Shown here: positions 59,501 to 64,000 of the stretch, piece by piece | Numbering within the stretch: position 1 is the stretch's first letter | Layout of the letters: every line of letters starts with the position of its first letter | Assembly: GCA_047495785.1 (NCBI GenBank) | Contig: JBLDXI010000025.1 | Location: 1,302,001-1,366,000 of the forward strand | DNA length: 64,000 nt | Origin: Lepidodermella squamata | Taxonomy: Eukaryota > Animalia > Gastrotricha | Reading direction: 5' to 3' | Notes under the pieces: generated by a model | Databases searched by the model: none | Seen by the model: the letters and a program-made list of their open reading frames with translations, nothing else | Told to the model about the DNA's origin: nothing | Position numbers and translations under genes: made by a program

Positions 59501-62500
59501 ATGCGAAAATAAACAGGTACCAATAGATACCCGAGCGAAAATGTTGTTGCCCGGAAACAACAGCGGCGTGGCGTCAAGTGCAGAAAATATTGTTATCACA
59601 ATATATTACAGGTATACAAACGATTATCTTCGGAAATACACGCATAGGCATAGTGCAGCATCGCGGCCAAGTTCTTTTTAATTAGGTAAACTGAACCGGG
59701 GCTTGGTGCTCTAATATCAACAATAACACGGAAAAAATCACTCAATGCACGCAACCAAAAACAATCGGATATCCTGGATTACCAAGAACAAGCTTCAAAA
59801 ACGAGCCAGAATATACAAAATATGCTCATATTCAAATTATGATAAAAATCATGTAATAAATATAATTGGTAAATTCAGCCTAAATTTCAAGATTAGCCAC
59901 TAGATTGACCTAATCAGTAAGTAATCGAGATGTGGGAAAAAGGTATAAAAGAAAAATTTGGATGAGAGAAAATGAAGCGATCGAAATTCGGAAATTAGGC
60001 TCAATTACGAAAAAATCATTTGAAAAGAATATATAGGCTGGAAATTTATCAAAAATAAATCAAATAATTTAGCAAAAAAATCAGAATAATTCCTAAATAT
60101 TTCTATAATTGATTAATTACGTTATCAATCCACCCCAAATAAATGAAAAAAAATCAGCAAAAAATTACCTGATAGGCAACTGAGCTGCCGACTGGTCTTG
60201 ACTGGTTTTCGGGGACTGGCTGAGAACGTTACGAAGCTCGATTAGGATAAGAAAAAGCTGAGTTGCCGCGCTGTTAACCGCCTCAAAAAGTTGCTGCTGT
60301 TGTTGTGGCTGGTGGTTTGTAGCCGGCGGGACGGGCGAACTGGCGGCTGTTGAATCGACAAGAAAACACCGCTCAACAGCGAATAGCACCGCGTCGAGAG
60401 CGCGCCGGCAGTCTTTGAACAACGATCGGCATTGTTTAGTAGCCTAAAAACCACAGGAAAAAACTCGAGATAAGACGCGTGACAAAACCGAAATTGGATC
60501 TAGTGTAGCTCTCTACAGCGGGGGCTATTTCTGGGTACAGAATAATGCTAATGAGAATGTTTTGTATCCGAACCGCCGCCGTTTGACAGTGTGCATGCAA
60601 AATCCGAGAGGCAAATAAATAACATTATAATAAAGTGGTACATGGTGGTACCATGACTAGTAACTCTAGATGACGGCGGATGACGAAGAAGCCACAGAAA
60701 TCCCGGTCGCATTATTATTATTATAATATACGCGAGGCAATAACAACAATAACAGCGCAAGGAGTAGGAAGGGCGCAGTAATCTCTACGTGCGTGATTAA
60801 CCGCCCCGGCGACACCTATAGCTGAGCAGTTCGACCTTATTTACATTAATACTTTATCGCAACACATTTTTCGATTGCGCAACGCCAAGATATATAAATA
60901 TATACAAGACAAATTTTATTATATATAAGGTAGGTATATTCTAGGACTTAATTGTTTATTTATAGCACGCGGTGTTTGATCGCACGTGTCATATAGGTGC
61001 GCGACAGCTCTAGGGTGTGTAATAATAATATATAGCAAATCTATAATGCATCAGCCAAACAATACCTAGCAGCAACAATAACAACAAACATCCTGCTAAG
61101 AACAAGAAATGCATCAGGTGACGACGATTTCTATCGATTCGCGCGACTCGGCGCCCCCGACCAGAAACCGTAATTAACTAATTGCGATGGCGTCTCACTT
61201 TATTGGATTAAATCGAACCGAACCGCCTTAAACCGTGCGCAGCTGATGCACTTGTTCCAAGCCGCCGCAGCAGCAGCAATACGCCAGAGCGACAAATTGC
61301 AGCAGTATTAAGGTGGCTGGCTATATAGTAATAAGTTATTCCACAGCTAGTGGCGCAATAACACTGCGCTGTTTTTATTGCCCGGCTCCCGCTGCCTTGT
61401 TGCTGGCACGTTGTGTATAAGTAATCAACTTGATATACTTACTGAGTGTAGCAGTGGAGGAGAAGAAGACGAAATGCCTGTGTACTATAACCAACCAAGA
61501 CGCGTCCCCGAATAGCAGACTACTTACATTATACAAAAAGTTCATCGCATAGCGCATCTTCTTCATTTTCGCACCTCGCTCGCGCGTTAGAAATAACACC
61601 CCGGCGTATCTAACCAAAAATAACCAACGCCGCGTTTTTTATTTACCCTTGTATACAACGACCAAAAAACCAATATTTGCGCGATTTTCAGCCTGTCATC
61701 GGTCAATCGAGTGGAAAATCTAGCGAAAAAACTTTGCGAGAACAACAAATACAAGGCCTATTATTATAACAAGGTTGCTGTGCCCTGGTCGTAATTATGG
61801 GTTACTCGGAACGCGTGAAAGAAAGTGCAGATTGAAGGGTACTCGTTATAAGACGCGAGCGTGAAATTCCGATGCTATCTCGGTTTTGAAATGCGAAAAA
61901 TGGTAGGTTTTTATTCACATAAGCGCGGCGAAAACATTCCATTGACGAGAAAAAAGAATTCAAGTATCTAAAAATGAGCATTTCTCTAAATAATCTCTCA
62001 AAATTTTGAGCAAAACAAGGGTCAACAAGTCAATACTTGAAACGATTAACTGGGAATGAACGGAACTACTTATATCACGGCAGAAAAAAACAATATTGAG
62101 CATGAGGCAAGTATTCATAGCAATAATTTATGGTATTTTTTTATATTTTTCCTTCTCTATTAAAAAGAGATTCAAGTACTAGAACGACTAAAATTTGAAA
62201 TCTGGGCGTCAACAACTTAGGCGTTAAAGCAAATCTTGTGGAGTAACTTGATGTGTTAAGACGCAACTGCATACTAATCATGAGAAGCTTGTACCAATGA
62301 GTTTGGGTTGGGTTTTTTCATCTCGCTAGTGCATGAACTAAAGTAACTTTCTGTTTACTCAACTCTTACAAGTCAACCAAACGAATTGCCGCAAAAAAGT
62401 ATAAAAGCGAGAAAACCGCAGGGACTGTTTCGCTAATCATGGAGTTGGACCTTGAAGCGTTGTAGCTCCATCGTTTTTCTTTAAATTAAACGTTTTTTAA

Positions 62501-64000
62501 ATAATCAAGAAACTATTCAATATTAACTAGCAATAAATATCTAAACAGCCTCGCTTATCCGAAAATTAAGTCAGTGAGCTCAGTAAGTTTCAGCTTGATT
62601 AACGCTAAATAGGTATATGCTGCAGGAGCTCGCAATGTTATGAATCAATTATTCTAGTATAGCTAAACAGCGCATTTTCAAACTTATATTATCATACTAT
62701 TATCCATTAATTTTCTCGCGATCGAAAGCCTCAAATATCTCGACAGAGTATTTTATGTGAGCTTGAGCATCGAGAAATGACGAACTACCTAATAAGCCAT
62801 CCGAGGCCGATTCGAGGTCAAATCCATGCAGTCTTCAATTAAAGCGAAATATGAAATAATTCCGATCCCAAACAAAATAAACTAAGCGTTTCACTATGGC
62901 TTTTGTTGAAATGTTCGAAGATTCTAGTGCGGCTATCGTTATATTTAAAAAATCGAGCATTAAATTTGCACCGAATGCCACCGGTAAAATTGTTTACTAT
63001 TTCTACTGAGATGGGCTAATAAGTTCTATAGCCCTATATCAGGGCACTCAAGACTTCGATTTCCTCGAGAAATGTGAAAGCAGTGGTATTGCAAAAATTA
63101 GAGCGAGAGATATAAAATTGTCCACCAACAAATTTGTCATGACTTTTTTTATTTATTACAAAAAAACGAGATCGCATTTTAATGCCTTAAAACTAGACTA
63201 GAACTCACCACTCGTTTACGAAACATCACGTCACTACTCGCGAGATTAGCCAAAAACGTTAATAACAGGATTAAAACCCGGATGAAAGGCCTTATTTTCA
63301 CTACTAGTGCAAACTAATTTCATACACAAAAAAATGTATCAGCTTACATCAGTTTCCTCCCAGAAGTAGGGGCCATTTCGCGGCAGTGTTGCCAGCGACG
63401 TTAACGAAGCGTTGCGACGGTGGTTTTTCTTCGCCACAGCTTCCAGCTCGGCGCGTTTCGAAACCGAACCACTGCGAGTTAGCGGCGCGAAAGCACCGGA
63501 TTGAATAACCGGCACTTCGAAGACTGGTTTGACGTAGTTACTACCATCCGATTGAGCAGCATTCTCGACCTTCCGCAACGGCGGTTCGACTAGAGTTGTT
63601 GTTGCAACAGCAGGTTTTTGAGCATCATTCTTCGACTTTTTAGCGCGTAACCGTGGCAATGTTCCAAAAATTTGAGCGATTTGTATTGAAGCAGATAACG
63701 AATCTGAGCTAGGCCACGCTGCATTAGTAGTAGTAGTAGCAGCATGGCTATTACACAAATCCTGAGCCGATTGCGATTCCAATATCACAATTTCGCTTTG
63801 ATTCGACTGACTACCTGGTACAAAAATGAATTTTTTATTTTTGATTGACGATGAACCGGTTGATTGTTGGTGATTTCGGGGCAGAGTTGCGTAGGACGAG
63901 GCGGGCGAGGCCGAATCAGGCGAACCCCGCAGGCCATGAACCGAACTGAGCCGACCCTTGACTTTTCTCAGCAGCGAGGCGAAATAATTGCGAGGCGAAG
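53540..64000 (-). CDS. RAPGEF1: Rap guanine nucleotide exchange factor 1 (C3G) orthologue, multi-exon, 5' end beyond the window
   Basis: REM (FLTTYCTFLTP..L..KL.YRF) and CDC25 (IAEQMTLLD..LF, HFNDVS.W.RT.IL, NFNS.LALLSALDS, DSSGSFKAYR, PP.IPYLG, DLTFLHLG.PD, F.NFSDH..EE..W..S..IKPR). Candidate exons about 64000-63345, 60443-60168, 57228-56872, 56817-56414, 55800-54399 and 53899-53540; the upstream exons are less certain. Confidence 0.85.
57312..58414. mobile_element. Non-autonomous DNA transposon with about 205-bp perfect TIRs and TA TSD (1.1 kb), intronic in RAPGEF1
   Basis: 57308-57516 is the reverse complement of 58210-58418; ends TA-CACCTTTTCCC...GGGAAAAGGTG-TA; AT-rich interior with no ORF. 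Confidence 0.88.

Noticed and set aside
58926-61617. Several short ORFs inside RAPGEF1 introns
   Set aside because: Low-complexity intronic sequence without motifs; only 60168-60443 has good splice sites and coding character.

Overview
Compact eukaryotic (invertebrate metazoan-type) genomic DNA with very short spliceosomal introns (mostly about 45-60 bp); the organism cannot be determined from the sequence. Positions 1-51.2 kb are an almost entirely minus-strand block of genes for secreted or cell-surface proteins. It holds 15 paralogous genes encoding two tandem Ly6/uPAR (three-finger)-like domains with an unusual CxCCGxxCN...C signature (6 transmembrane, 9 probably GPI-anchored) and 7 secreted single-vWA-domain genes with a degenerate MIDAS site. 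It also holds 3 members of an unrecognised secreted 4-Cys helical family, a 7-module Sushi/CCP protein, an IRG/IIGP-like GTPase with an N-myristoylation-type start, a divergent actin, a GABA-B-like class C GPCR, a GT32-like glycosyltransferase and a small ankyrin-like gene. After 51.6 kb come conserved genes: an SLC35G/EamA transporter and RAPGEF1/C3G, which runs off the window edge. Also present are four non-autonomous DNA transposon-like elements, a tRNA-Glu-derived element and a 171-bp local templated insertion that disrupts one vWA gene. Gene models were assembled by eye from the ORF track and GT/GC-AG sites; family assignments come from motif recognition, not database searches.
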